From the NCBI GenBank assembly GCA_964016885.1, contig OZ024746.1, positions 66,526,001 to 66,590,000 on the forward strand: DNA of 64,000 nucleotides. The letters run 5' to 3'. A model generated the notes under the pieces. The model did not search any database. It was not told the DNA's origin and saw only the letters and a program-made list of their open reading frames with translations. Both the position numbers and the translations under genes were made by a program. Source of the stretch: Eledone cirrhosa. Its lineage: Eukaryota. Within the stretch, counting starts at the first letter, position 1, and every line of letters begins with the position of its first letter. Shown one piece after another: positions 13,664 to 27,600 of the stretch.

Positions 13664-14370
13664 TGTGTACGACTGTGTGTATGTATGTGTGTACACGCGT
13701 GTTTGCGTATGTGCAAATGTGCACGCGTGTGTTCTCGAATCACTTTTGCCTTTTTATTAGGTTTTTGGGAACTGACACTGACTTCTATAATGTGAACTAT
13801 TTTCAAAGGTTGAGAGAAAGTCCATTAAGTTCTAAGCTTCTTAACATATTATATTCTATTCTAAAGTATTCTGAATTATTGACAATTGAAAGAAATGAAT
13901 ATACAAATAAGAAGATCTCAGAAAAGCACTAAACAATATCTTTTAATTTACATCATCTTCGAAAATCTACATAAACTTAAGGATTACTTAAACTTACCGC
14001 AGACGGACATGTCCTAATAGAAAGGATGTACGTCGGATTAATGAAGATGAAGAAAAGTGTATTCTTAAACTGGCACGATATTAAGATAAATTTGCATAAC
14101 TGTTCTAATATGGAGTTGTATAGAAATATCTTGAGATGGATTTACCAAAGATGCTGGTTGTATGCGATATTTCATGGAATGCGCGCTTTTGTGAAAAGAA
14201 TGTCAGCTCTTATAACTTAAGACAAATATTTTACTAATGTTTCAACTTTTATCATAAATATTTTCTATAAAAAGAGAGAGAGAAGCGGTTTCGGCCTGCT
14301 TATTCGCCAATACTATAGTGTAATCCTCGGTCTCAGCACTGCATACTCTCTCTCTCTCTCGCTCGCGCGC

Positions 14371-14456
<86 letters not shown>

Positions 14457-14459
<3 letters not shown>

Positions 14460-15340
14460 GAAAAATATAGTGCTGCGTTGTTGCGAACATGAACATATGA
14501 ATTTAAATAGACCAATAGATGAAATGTCCCTCATCAGTAGTCTGCTGATTATCGTTGGTATTGAAGACTAGATACCTAAAATAAGTGGGAGCGATAACTA
14601 AATTTAGTTATCGGGACAGAGAAAAATAGAGGGAAGGAAACAAACAATATGGTAGTGATGTGGGGTTAAGAGAGGAAAAGAGAGACAAGTCAATGAATCT
14701 TGTGGGCTTAAGTCCGACAAATCAAATTGACGAGAAGAAACAGACACGTCCGAGCCACGAGAAGATTGAGAGGGGAAAGAAATTCAAGCAGGTCAGACGG
14801 CAACATACACACATATATATATGTGACTCGGCTGACACGTTCATAGACTGATCAAGATATTCTCCTGGAATAACTGAATGACGTTTATTTTTTCAAGATA
14901 CTCCTTGGAAAGAAACAATATCAGCTATTAATACTAAGAGTTGAAATTAATGCTTCCAATATGTCTAACCAGTCGCACATCAGACATATATATATATGTG
15001 TGTATGTTGCCGTCTGACCTGCTTGAATTTCTTTCCCCTCTCAATCTTCTCGTGACTCGGACGTCTCTATTTCTTCTCGTCAATTTGATTTGTCTGACTT
15101 AAGCCCACAAGATTCATTGACTTGTCTCTCTTTTCCTCTCTTAACCATATTGTTTGTTTCCTTCCCTCTATTTTTCTCTGTCCCGATAACTAAATTTAGT
15201 TATCGCTCGCACTTATTTTAGGTATCTAGTCTTCAATACCAACGATAATCAGCAGACTACTGATGAGGGACATTTAATCTCTTGGTCTATTTTTATTCAT
15301 ATGTTCATGTTCGCAACAACGCAGCACGCCATTTTTTATT
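14457..15340. repeat. Inverted repeat of about 360-bp arms (14457-14822 / 14986-15340) flanked by (TA)n, with a CTGATGA motif
   Basis: Arms are reverse complements with scattered mismatches and a 13-bp indel; CTGATGA at 15260-15266 and its complement at 14531-14537. Confidence 0.9.
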
Positions 15341-15575
<235 letters not shown>

Positions 15576-16019
15576 CAATGAAGTAAGAACGCACGTAATT
15601 GTTATTAGAAATAGAAAGTATACTGAAAAGAATATCTCCTATTCTCTGAAATTATTTCAGACTTTAACGTGTTATCTTCATATAACATTATATGCAATGT
15701 TTAATGTTCGCTTTTGTTTTCAGACAAAAATGTGTATATGTGTATGTGCGTGTGTAAATGTGGGTGGACGTGTATTTTTTCTTTGTAAACCTCTCAAAGT
15801 TTTCCGGTGTTTATTTGGAAGATAAACTCGAAATGAAAACAGATAACCCGTTGCACAGTTTTTCGTATATTGTGATAGTGTTTTTCATTCTCTTTCAAGT
15901 GTTTGTTTTCCACTTTCAAATTTTGGAAAGGAAATAAGTGGTACGGTTTAGATATTGGTTATTTTTCCTTATTCATAATTCTGTGACGTACACACGCAGG
16001 CACGCACACACACACATAC

Positions 16020-16323
<304 letters not shown>

Positions 16324-16814
16324 AAGTATGCAATTATATCTATGTGAAAGATTGATATAATAGATTGATATAAAGTTGATTGATTTACGAAATCGAATGT
16401 GAAAAATGATAGATTGTTATTTCATTTGATTATTTATATTGGACTGCGTAGTATTCGGCACTGTGCTGATATGAAACAAAATTGCCAACGAAAAATTACT
16501 TCAAAGAAGACTAAATTCTTTTGTTATCTTGCCTTTTGTAAACATGCATTAAAAATGAGGGTGACCAGAATTACTATGATAACACCATACAAATATGTAT
16601 ATTTTTATGCTCATATATATACATAATATTAGAATACTTGTGGGTTATATCCGTAGAAGTAGAACACTCAGTCCATGCCATGGGACAAGTTCGCTCCGTC
16701 TAAAACCGATTTTAGACCGAGCTGAGTATCCGAATAAGGTAAGATATTTGTTCTCGGTATGGTGAGCTATGTGTTGCGGTGCTACTTCTCTCTCTCTCTC
16801 TATATATATATATA

Positions 16815-17812
16815 CTACCATTTCACTTCCACATCGCTATACTACACTACCCGAACCTGGAATTTACCTCACGTTGATATCCACCTGATATACCTTCGGA
16901 TCTTTATCATCCCACACACCAACATTCATTTAGAAACTTAGACAGACACAGACCACAGACACTTGCACCATTTTCGCACACACGCAACTACGCACCTTAC
17001 ACGCACCCGCATCCCCTTCTTTTAACCACACAAACACACACACACATTTACATCTACAGATACACACACGGTTCCACAACACCGACTCCGGATTTGACAC
17101 GATCTCATCTCATTCCATTCGTCCCCCTCCATCCACAGACACACACATACACAGCTATACCCATACATGGTCTATACACGCACAGACATACACTCCACCC
17201 CAACACACACACACAATGGTTTTTCAAAAACCACATTAATATACAATAGCTTCCTTCCAGATTCTACACATACAAACACACACTTACATCTACACATACA
17301 CACACATAATTACATCTACACATAAACGCACACATTTACATCTACACATACACACATACCTTACCTTATACCATCCCCTCTTGGACACTAATTTTCTTGC
17401 TAACTCTCACCCCTTCTCTCCCTCTCTCCACCTCCACCCACGCCTTACATACTACCACACCATTGCCTCCCCGGACCCCTAACCCTCCCACCTCATTCAT
17501 TTTCACATTTTTTTTTAATTCGGTTTTTATATTTTCTTTAATACAGTTTTATTTATTCTAATTTTTATGTTTATTTTCATTTCTATTTTTCCCCGTCCTT
17601 TCGTTTTCTTCCTGTTAACTTCCCTTCTAATTACCCTACTCAATCCCTCTCCGAGACCTCCCTACTTTGCTGATGAAGTACGTATGTCCGAACGTCGTAA
17701 CTTCCCCCCACTCCCACCAAGCGTGAAGCTAATAACACTATGTGCCATTGACTCGCGCGTTTGTCTGTTTGGCTTTTGCACTACGCAGCACACCAATTTT
17801 TTTATATTTATA
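16815..17812 (+). mobile_element. Penelope-like 3'/pLTR remnant with decayed minimal hammerhead (17670-17699)
   Basis: CTGATGA-AGTAC-GTAT-GTCC-GAA-CGTC followed by GCGTGAAGCTAATA, the same layout as 26421-26705 and 62410-62755; internal catttacatctacacata repeats; TA flank. Confidence 0.5.
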
Positions 17813-18318
17813 TTTTTTCCTCAGCTGCGATAGTCTGTTTCTTTTTTACTGCTTCCCGTTTCTCTGTATCTCTAACCTTCTTTTTATCGCCTCTGCCAGT
17901 CACATTCTCTCTCAGCTGGCCTCTTCCTCACACTTCCACTCACTCACTCTGTGCTTCATCCCCCTATCTCACTTCCTCCCGTTTGACCTGTGTGAAACCC
18001 TTTTCCCGCTCACATCTCACCCAAGTCGGATGGTCTGTATCTCTCGTCCATGATTTCACAAAGCTTAAGATTACAGATATCTTGTACTTGTCTCTTCCTA
18101 TCTTTCCGTTGCAATACGATCTTTGTTTGTTTACATGTCTCGCTCATTTCACCCTATTTTACTTGTCCCAATAACTTTATTTAGTTATTGCTCACACACC
18201 AACCAGAAGTATATGATTTTTAAAGCGATGAAATAGCAATGAAGGTTGGAAGATCAATGATGAAGGACTAATTGTATTCATATGTAACCCATGTGCAACC
18301 ACGCATCACTCCATTTTT

Positions 18319-18396
<78 letters not shown>

Positions 18397-19097
18397 GGAA
18401 TATGTGTGGATTTCAGAGTATCTGTCTGTCCACCGACATACATGTACACTTATATGTATTTATTGCATTCTAATAGTGATTTTGCTTCTATTGAAATTGA
18501 CAAATTCTCGATCAACGAAGAAACATTCCTGATAGTGAGAAGGTGAATGTTCTAGTAATGTTATTTCGACTGCATTTATTTTGAATAATTTAGTAGTAGT
18601 AGATCTGTTGGTTTGAGTGAAGGTGTCTGTAATGCCGTTATTCACCGATCAGTTATGATAATCACTAATACATATTTTACTTTTAAAAGTTCTATAACAG
18701 TAGCTATGTATAAATGCGCTTTATCTTTTGTTAGGCATTTGAAATAAGTTAAGACAGAAATTGACCGTGCATGAAATAATTCATATGGTGCAATAATGTA
18801 CGTTGTTTATTTGTTGCAGAACTCTGAAAAAAATGTCTTTTACTAATAGTGATATTTATGTATCAAAGAGTAAAATGATAAAGATTCAAAAACTAAAATT
18901 ACGATAAGATGCTTAAGTACATAAACGTAAGTCGAGATCACCAATATGTTTTCAGGTTTTCCTGCCACATATATACAGAATATTGGAAATCTTTTAAAAA
19001 TAAATCAATGAAATACGAGCACTAAACGTGTTTGATTGTTTCGGTGGTTACATACGTCACCATTACTGATACAACTATTCTATCATTATATATACAC

Positions 19098-19289
19098 GCG
19101 CAGTGGATTGGCAGTATTGGTAGCGGGTTTGACACAATGCTTTGAAGCACAGAGTTACGGCCCTTGTCATGCTGAGTTCAAATCCCGCCGAGGTTAACTT
19201 TGCCTTTCATCCTTACGAAGTCGATAAAATAAAGTACCAGTAATGCACTGGGATAATTTCTGGCCTTGTGCCAAAAGTAGAAACAATTA
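19098..19289 (+). mobile_element. tRNA-derived SINE, copy 1 of a tandem pair
   Basis: A-box-like TGGCAGTATTGGTAG, B-box GAGTTCAAATCC, central GCCTTTCATCC..GTCGATAAAATAAAGTACCAG, tail GTAGAAACAATTAT. Confidence 0.88.
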
Positions 19290-19299
19290 TATATACACA

Positions 19300-19490
19300 G
19301 GGCGGTGGATTGGCAGTATCAGTAGAGGGTTCGACGCCATGCTTTACAGCATAGAGTTATGGCTCTTTACGGTCTGAGTTCAAATCCCGCCGGGGTTAGC
19401 TTTGCCTTTCATCATTACGGGGTCGATAAAATAAAGTACCAGTAATGGACTGGGATAATTGCTGGTCTTGTGCCAAAAGTAGAAACAATT
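19300..19490 (+). mobile_element. tRNA-derived SINE, copy 2 of a tandem pair
   Basis: Same A/B boxes, core and tail as copy 1. Confidence 0.88.
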
Positions 19491-19530
19491 AAATCAAATT
19501 GTTTAGAACTTTATATATATATAACAGGAT

Positions 19531-19945
19531 AAGAATGACTTCACTTGTAGTTCTAAACAATTTGATTTAATTTTATAATATTATGATTTGGTAGATCTAG
19601 TAAGTTCTTTAACTTCGGTGAGAAGATTGTTAAAGAATCTTGGTTAACTTTCCTGGAGAACTTTCTCGCATTCGTCGGTGGCGATTGTCAAACCGGATCT
19701 CAGTTTGACAATCGCTACCGACGAATGCGAGAATGTTCTCCAGGAAAATTAACCAGGAAAATTAAAAATTCGTCCCACCAAAGTTAACAAAGAATTTACT
19801 AGACCTACCAAATCATAATATTAATTTTAATGAAATTGTTTAGAACTACAGGCGAAGTAGTTCTAAATAATTGATTTAATTTTATAATATTATAATATTA
19901 TAAAATTAAATCAAATTATTTAGAACTACAAGTGAAGTCATTCTT
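19531..19945. repeat. Complex fold-back element: palindrome centred at 19694-19702 plus nested palindrome 19857-19931
   Basis: Arms 19531-19693 and 19703-about 19855 are imperfect reverse complements; the outer termini also pair (aagaatgacttcact / agtgaagtcattctt); TA-rich flanks. Confidence 0.88.
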
Positions 19946-19995
19946 TTCCATTTAAAAAGAAAAAAATATTAATATACATATATATATGTATATAG

Positions 19996-20036
<41 letters not shown>

Positions 20037-20038
<2 letters not shown>

Positions 20039-20297
20039 CAGAAGGGATATTCAATTTGTTGGTAATTCAACAAATATAAATGTTTATAACTGATTCAGAG
20101 CACTCAACAGATGTTGGAGTATAATATTCAATGATATTAAATAAATTGAAACTATATTTATTAAACCATATATATTCTATTATATATATTTCAAGGGTAC
20201 CAAAACTTTGGTATGCTTTCATCAGATAAAATACGAAGTGTGGTTTATAAATTTTGACATAACCAAGGAAAATACTTTAACGGTTCAAGTTTTCCTT
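20037..20297 (-). mobile_element. Diverged member of the hammerhead-bearing repeat family at 40752-41192 and 43562-43800
   Basis: Shared tttataactgat..agcactcaaca..ggagtata..gatattaaataaat..aaactatattta; (TA)n on both sides. Confidence 0.75.
20173..20233 (-). ncRNA. Minimal type I hammerhead ribozyme motif
   Basis: Minus strand UAUUUUAU-CUGAUGA-AAGCAUACCAAA-GU-UUUGGUACCCUU-GAAA-UAUAUA-UA-AUAGAAUA: 8-bp stem I, intact core, stem II, palindromic stem III. Confidence 0.72.
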
Positions 20298-22924
20298 ATA
20301 TATATATATATATATTATGTATATATACTTAAAAGCACTGTAGCTTTTTTTCTGGCAGAATTCAAATGGATGGGAACATAAATACAAAATGAGATACACG
20401 GTAACTACATAATTACCTATAAGATGTATAATTAAGTTGTCTTGCTCTTGACGATTCATTTGGCATGTGATACAACATATTTTATGGAGGAAGACAATTA
20501 GAAGGAAGAATATGCAAAATAATATTTTGAGAAAGAATTTCTAGGGGAAATCGGGAAATTTAAATTTTCTCCAATGAAGTTAGAAATACGAAGCTAATTC
20601 CACCTAGAGCTGTTCAATAATTTAGATTAATCCAACGGTGGTGGAGAGAATGGTTTGTCAAACACGTTATATTTGAATGTATTCTGTTCGGATTTTAGAC
20701 TCAGGATAGGAACTTTTATTTTTAGATGGAGTCAAGCAAATTTTTTTCACTTTTAGAAACAATTCATTTCATGTAATCATTTATATTGAAAACTGTAATT
20801 ATATATTTTCCTCTATAATATGACAACAAATTCTAATTACGCAGTTGAAATATTTATATATTATATAAATCTGATTCGATATATATATATTTCTGAACAC
20901 ACGCAGACAGACAACAAACACACACATACCAACACAGACACACACACCTGCAAAAGTAAGCAAATTGTGAAGTTGTGGCAGATAAGGATACCAGGACTAG
21001 GTTTAAGGACAGTTGTATTAAAATTCAGAAACGTCCCTGAACAACCTGAGGACGGTGAATCGGAATGGCGACTGGAGAATAATGCTGACGTACGAAATTG
21101 TATTAGTATAATCCGGATTATATCAGCCAATATATTTTGATCTAACCAAGAGATATTGCGTTGGGCCGGATTGCGATAACAATTTAACTTTTATATATTT
21201 GCTAAAGTTTCTGTGAACGAAAGATCCTTCTCTAAAAATGTGGATAATGAACGGAAATCAGATCTTGTATAGCGGAACTTACATGATCTGTGGAGTTCTC
21301 GGAATATTGCTCGCTATAGTTCACAATTTGGGGATATAATCAATGTTTCTGAAAAATACATATTTTATATTTACGGTCATTTTTACGTCCTAGACTCGAC
21401 GTGACACCATCCTAGATATTCTGGTTCTTGAATTCATGTAATATCATATCAGTTCTCCCGGCCATTTCACATTAAAATAATCCTTAATCATTAATATTAT
21501 AAATATACAGGAGTATATTTGCACAGGTTACACCGTTCAATAAAATGTCCTGTCAATTCCATCAAATACTCTATAGGTATTAATTTCAAATGAGGCTGAG
21601 TTGAGTTTTCCATTTCATTCACCCTAAACAAAAACACATCCTTATGCTAGAATCCTACATTTAGCAGCAGAAACTACAACGAGAAAATAATATCTTACAT
21701 TGAGTGCTACAAAAATAGCAATTACTTATTTGGGGCATATTTAATCGTCCGTTACGTTCACCATATTTCCTGACCTCGTAGCCATATATTATTTTTATTG
21801 CAGACTTCCATAAGGTCTAACGATGTTATATGCATTAAAAGTTTCATAATGATTTAACTTTCAGCAATATTAAATGAAATAAAGCAAAACAGAAAAAAAT
21901 TGATAATGACATATTACGGATATTCTGTTGACGCATTTCTGATGGATATGAAAAAATAATATTGTATTAACATTAATTTGTTTAATGTTTTATTTATTAT
22001 TTTCATTGTTACATTCCTATTTTAAAATATCGGTTCACTGTTTCTCAATGTCTGTTTATTATCTGTTAGATTATTCATTAATGCTGCCAAATTTTACCAA
22101 CTTTATTCCACTAGATTAAAACTATGTCGGTGTTGTAGGAAGTTATGAATATGAATGATTCATGGATACCTTTTGAGCTGTTGCGATTACTGACAGAGAT
22201 GGAAATGGATGAGGTATCGTTAAGTGGATTTCGAATTATCGTAGCAGAATGTTAAAAAGTATTCCAACAATAAATCTGAAATAAGATGTTGTGTCATGGC
22301 GGCTTATAGTTTACGTTAGAAAGGTTTTTGATACAGTTGGATCAACGTACACACAATTGAATTCAATTTGCTTGCAAAGGGGATTTGTTCTTTCAGATTT
22401 AGTCATGCTACTGAATATTGAAAATCAATAAAAAATATTTCTCCCTACATATTATACAAACACACACATTCCTACACATACATACACAAACACTCATATA
22501 CATGCATATGTATGTGTGTGTATAAATTAAAATATCCATTCATCGGGGTTATGTATACTTAAGATAACGGTTTTTGCATACAATATAATTAAACAAAATA
22601 TCTTGCTGACGCCATAGAATCCAAAAGGATATTATACCCGTGTTGGGCTACAGACGAAAACATAAGATCGAGTAAACTGGTTTCTATGTCAGAGGGCGAA
22701 GGTTTATATCTCTATCTATCCCTATTTATATATTTCTATCTCTCTATATATAATATATATATATATATGTGTGTATGCTGTCTCTGTATGTGTAAGGAGA
22801 GTTGTGAAGAGTGTGTGTTTGGAGAGATCACTTGATGCGTCAGGTGATGTCAGAGGGCTAGTGTGTAGGATTTGGCATTACTCAGTCATTGTCATTTCTT
22901 TATAACCGTATTACCAAAAAGGAT

Positions 22925-23060
22925 ACTGGGTTCCTGAATACCATGTTAATTGGATATGAAATATAAGTTCATGGATAAGAATCGGAAAACAAACCACAGT
23001 CATCAAAGTGGAAGCCTCCGAATTCCCGAAGTCCTGACCTGAGAAAGCACGTGAGGTGCA
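22925..23060 (+). pseudogene. Mariner transposase fossil fragment
   Basis: Translates FLNTMLIGYEI*VHG*ESENKPQSSKWKPPNS, similar to the mariner FLxxIITGDETWVxxYDPExKxQSxQW motif. Confidence 0.55.
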
Positions 23061-24003
23061 GAACAAAATCCTTCATATATTTCTACCACATTTTACTGAT
23101 TTTTTAAAAACTAGTCGCTCTTTTATTACATATCTCACAATAATTCATATTAACTATAATAACTTATTGTTATTTCAATTTCTCATGCAAGGAAGAAAGA
23201 TGTTTAGAATAACTACCCCAGTAAAATGAAAATTTTAGATATGAAAAGAAAACTATGATGCAGATGCAACATATATAAAAAAGGAGGCAGTATATATATT
23301 TTTTTAATTGAAGAATGTTAACAAAACTGAAATTTTAGTGACTTTGTACTCTTGAAGGGCACATTGGTTCTATTTAACACCTGTCTACATCAAAAGGTAT
23401 TTGTAATAAAGTGATGCAGCAGCTATTTGTTAGATCTCGAACATCACGAACATTTGTACGTTTTCTCTACCTCAATTATGCAAATCCATTAACGTTGTCC
23501 AATATGGCTACACTCTAATAGGATCCAATAAGGAATCACATTCTTGCTAGGAGGAATTCTTAACGATGGGAATCCATATGTAAAAATGCGTTAGTGTGTA
23601 TGCATGTGTATTCGGTTATGTATGTAGTTTCATGAAAGAGTGAACGTTTGTGTGAATGGGGAATTGTGTGCGCATGTCTGATCCCAGAAGTAATTGTATT
23701 GAATTACCTACTACAAAAAAACATTATCATCCAATAATGTTTTAACCTCGGAAATATCAATGATTAAGCTATTTACTGAAACTGCATTATATACCACTGT
23801 GTTGAGTGTAAAATCTCATATTGAATTTAACCTTGATATTCTGAAACCTACTTTCGAATATAGCTGTAAGCGTATGTATATATAAAACGATGAAAATCAT
23901 GATATTGACACATATACACACACACGCACGCACACACACACAGACAGACAGACACACACAGGCACACACTCACACACACACACACACGCACACACACAAA
24001 CAT

Positions 24004-24063
<60 letters not shown>

Positions 24064-24094
24064 GTGTGAGTGTATTTGTGTGTAAATATTTATG

Positions 24095-24145
<51 letters not shown>

Positions 24146-24470
24146 GGTGTGTGTGTAAATGTTTATATATATATCTATACGCATACGCACCACATTTTCC
24201 TGTTTTCGTAGGTTTATTTGACAGAGACACACCATTGCATAAATAAATAATATTATCGCCAATCTATATTGGTGGATTAACGTTGATTCACTTAAGATTA
24301 GAAAACGATTCATCATGCTGCGTTTCGTAACATTACAAAGAACGTGACTTATATCCAGCTTAGATCTGTTGCTGATCGAGTTATTGTAAGGTACATCAGT
24401 TTGAAGTGCTAGAGTGCTAAAACATTATTTAGAGGAATGATGTGATATATGCATAAATGCACACGCACGT

Positions 24471-24501
<31 letters not shown>

Positions 24502-24505
24502 TATA

Positions 24506-24600
<95 letters not shown>

Positions 24601-24706
24601 GTGTGTGTCTATGTATAAATAAAGAGAGTGAGTGAGATATGTATATGTCTATGTCTTCGTGTGTTCGCTTGTTAGCGCATATATAAACACTCATTTATAT
24701 TTATAT

Positions 24707-24826
<120 letters not shown>

Positions 24827-24869
24827 ATATGTATATATATATACATATATAATCAATTCGCTGGACCCC

Positions 24870-25790
24870 AACCAGAATGGCTTCTATGTTAACAGGGACT
24901 GTCTAATAGAGTTTATGTTTCAATTTCACTACATGCTAATAGATGAAGGTGAGGGTTCTAAAACTGATGATATATATACTGTGATATCACCAAGGTCTTT
25001 GGCAGAGGTGATCACAAAATCCTGTTGAAGAAACTATTCAATAACGGAGTCTCTTTAATCATATCAATGAGATTCTTGATGCCACAAAGCTCAGCACGAT
25101 GAAAAATCTCGCAGATGATTCATAGCTCCTGAATCTCATCAACGGTGTGGTAGACCGACCCTACCTTCTATCGGATCAGCCCGCTTTTATCCAAAACAAA
25201 ACTTATACTGCCAAAGGATAAATTTGAAGTAAAAATGAAGATGCACTGCAATAAGCATAATATGTCCCCTACGATGAAATCATTGTGACATCAAACCACA
25301 CTAGGGGACCTTGAAGTAATTGTTGATTGCGATTTAATCTGGAATACAAGCACAAAGAACAAAGTAGATATAGCCCACAGGACATATTCCTGGATACGTA
25401 GCATTTTCCAATCGACAGATATCCGCAGTATCGTCCTTTTCTTACCTATATTTTCCCTATTCCATTTTCAATATTGGTGTCAACAGGGGTCACATTGCAG
25501 GAAACTAATTATTCTGAAAAGTGAAGCCCTCTCGATTTGAATAACAGTAAAGATAGACAGAATGACTGCCCTTGACTATTGGAGTTGATTAGAAAGCTCT
25601 AACTTTATTCTCTCCAACGCCACCTTCAGCGCCACACCATCTGAATGATGTGGGAAACATTCCATCAACATTGACCAGATAATGGTGGCATCAAAATTAA
25701 AATCCACCCAAGGCACAACTACTTCAGTTCAACCGTTGCCGTTCTTTTCAATATCATAACAACTACTTCAAGACAGAAATAGATAACATG
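24870..25790 (+). pseudogene. Decayed CR1/L2-like LINE RT fragment
   Basis: Remnants [16 protein letters not shown] (KAFDRVDH-like), ADDS and DLEVIVDCDLIW (DLGVIVD-like) in the expected order, with many stops. Confidence 0.6.
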
Positions 25791-26172
25791 TTTCATGTTA
25801 TTTCATTTATATATATATATCATATACATTTCTATTATGCTTAAACTTAATGCTACCTCCAATTAAATATAACCAACCAAGTTCGTACTATATCAAATTG
25901 ACCAACTACAGTACGTGATCATCACGCAACATTCTATATAGACTATAATCTATTTCGTACCAGTAAGTTTTGATTGAGTGTTAATATTCTGCAAACCTAC
26001 TGGAAGCTCTTTGATATATTCATAAAAATAGAGAAAATATATTTTCTTCTTTTCGTTATATGGCGTTGCGAAGAAATATTTTTTTCTTCGGCAGTGAGGC
26101 TACCAACATTTCTTCGTCTATACTTGAATATATATATTCCCCCGAATCAGGATGTTGGCTTAAGATTAATAT

Positions 26173-26325
<153 letters not shown>

Positions 26326-26420
26326 TGAACAGTAAGCAAAAAATCAACAACGTGGAAGCGAAGAGGCAGTACAAAATGTTAATATGAGTTTCACGCTTGA
26401 GAGTGGGATATATATATATA

Positions 26421-26705
26421 CCCACCTCGGACACCCTGTTTCCTTCTCCCCTCTCGTCCACCCATCCACCACCACCTCTACACGTCTCACACCCATTCAC
26501 CATTTGTTTTCATTTTAAACTCCTTTTAATTTATTTTCCTTCTCTTTAATTGTTTCCCTTTTAAATGTCTTTCCACCACTCCTCCTCACACCCTCGGAAC
26601 TCTTTTCCTTCCCACTTTTCTCCTGATGAAGGGCTTATGCTCGAAACGTCGTGATCCTAATACCACGCCGTTCGTACTGCACTCTTTGTTATTGTTTTTA
26701 TTTTT
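26421..26705 (+). mobile_element. Penelope-like terminal fragment between microsatellites
   Basis: Pyrimidine-rich run, hammerhead core, then CTAATA..CGTACTGC.CTCT shared with 62410-62755. Confidence 0.6.
26619..26654 (+). ncRNA. Ultra-minimal hammerhead motif
   Basis: UCUC-CUGAUGA-A-GGGC-UUAU-GCUC-GAAAC-GUC-GUGA. Confidence 0.65.
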
Positions 26706-26706
26706 T

Positions 26707-26804
<98 letters not shown>

Positions 26805-27414
26805 AGAGAGAGAGAGAGAGAGAGAGATATGTGTGTGTATTAAAATATATGTTGAAAATAGCTTAGACCCGAATCATTAACTGGTTGAGTACGTAATACT
26901 TGTGGAGTGGGTCAAGTCGTGGATAGAAGTAATTTATTTTCGAAGAGTGGCACCAACTTCCAAGAATAATTGTCGTTAAATTTCACTTCATACGAACAAA
27001 TATATTTTTGTATCGATGTAAATGAATGTGTTTTAATGAATGAAGTGGTATCTCGTTAATGGCTGAACTTTAAGTTTTATCTAATTAATATGAAAATCAT
27101 TTCAATCCTGTAATATACAATTTAATAATGCGTGAGGATTTAAAATATATTTCTGCTCTATTAAACATATTTGGAAATAATTCTGATGGGCTTTCGACAA
27201 TAATCCTCGATATTATACATTACGAAATCTGGCAATTTTTAAAAGCCAATATGAATTGTTGTTACAATATAAAATGTCTTTAAATATATTACTTTACTCA
27301 ACCACAACATCTTTTCATTTGAAGAATCTGTTTTACATACTCTGTTTTCTCTAGGAATAATCTAAGAATTAGAAAACCTTACTTCATTAATATATATAAA
27401 GCCTAAAGTTGGTA

Positions 27415-27600
27415 TCAGTCCCAGGGGCTTATTAAGCAGGTGCTATTCCCAGTTTGCTGCGCTTTAAGAGACTGACAATACACGACTCACCCGCGAATGG
27501 ATGCCAGTCAATCACAGCTACTGCTGGTGCTTATTTTCACCTGATTATAATGGAACAACGTGAAATGCAGAGATGTGCTCAAGAACATTCCGTACACCTC
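27415..27600 (-). mobile_element. Old SINE fragment (V-domain-like)
   Basis: ggatgccagtcaatcacag..ctggtgcttattttcacctga..ggaacaacgtgaaatg..tgtgctcaagaaca resembles the reverse strand of V-type tRNA SINEs; recognised by eye only. Confidence 0.4.

Noticed and set aside
16683-16725. Hairpin gctccgtctaaaa..ttttagaccgagc with GAAC..GTC on the minus strand
   Set aside because: No CTGANGA core and only one copy in the window; too weak to call.
19098-19490. tRNA genes suggested by A/B boxes
   Set aside because: No cloverleaf; the boxes are SINE heads followed by a shared core and tail.
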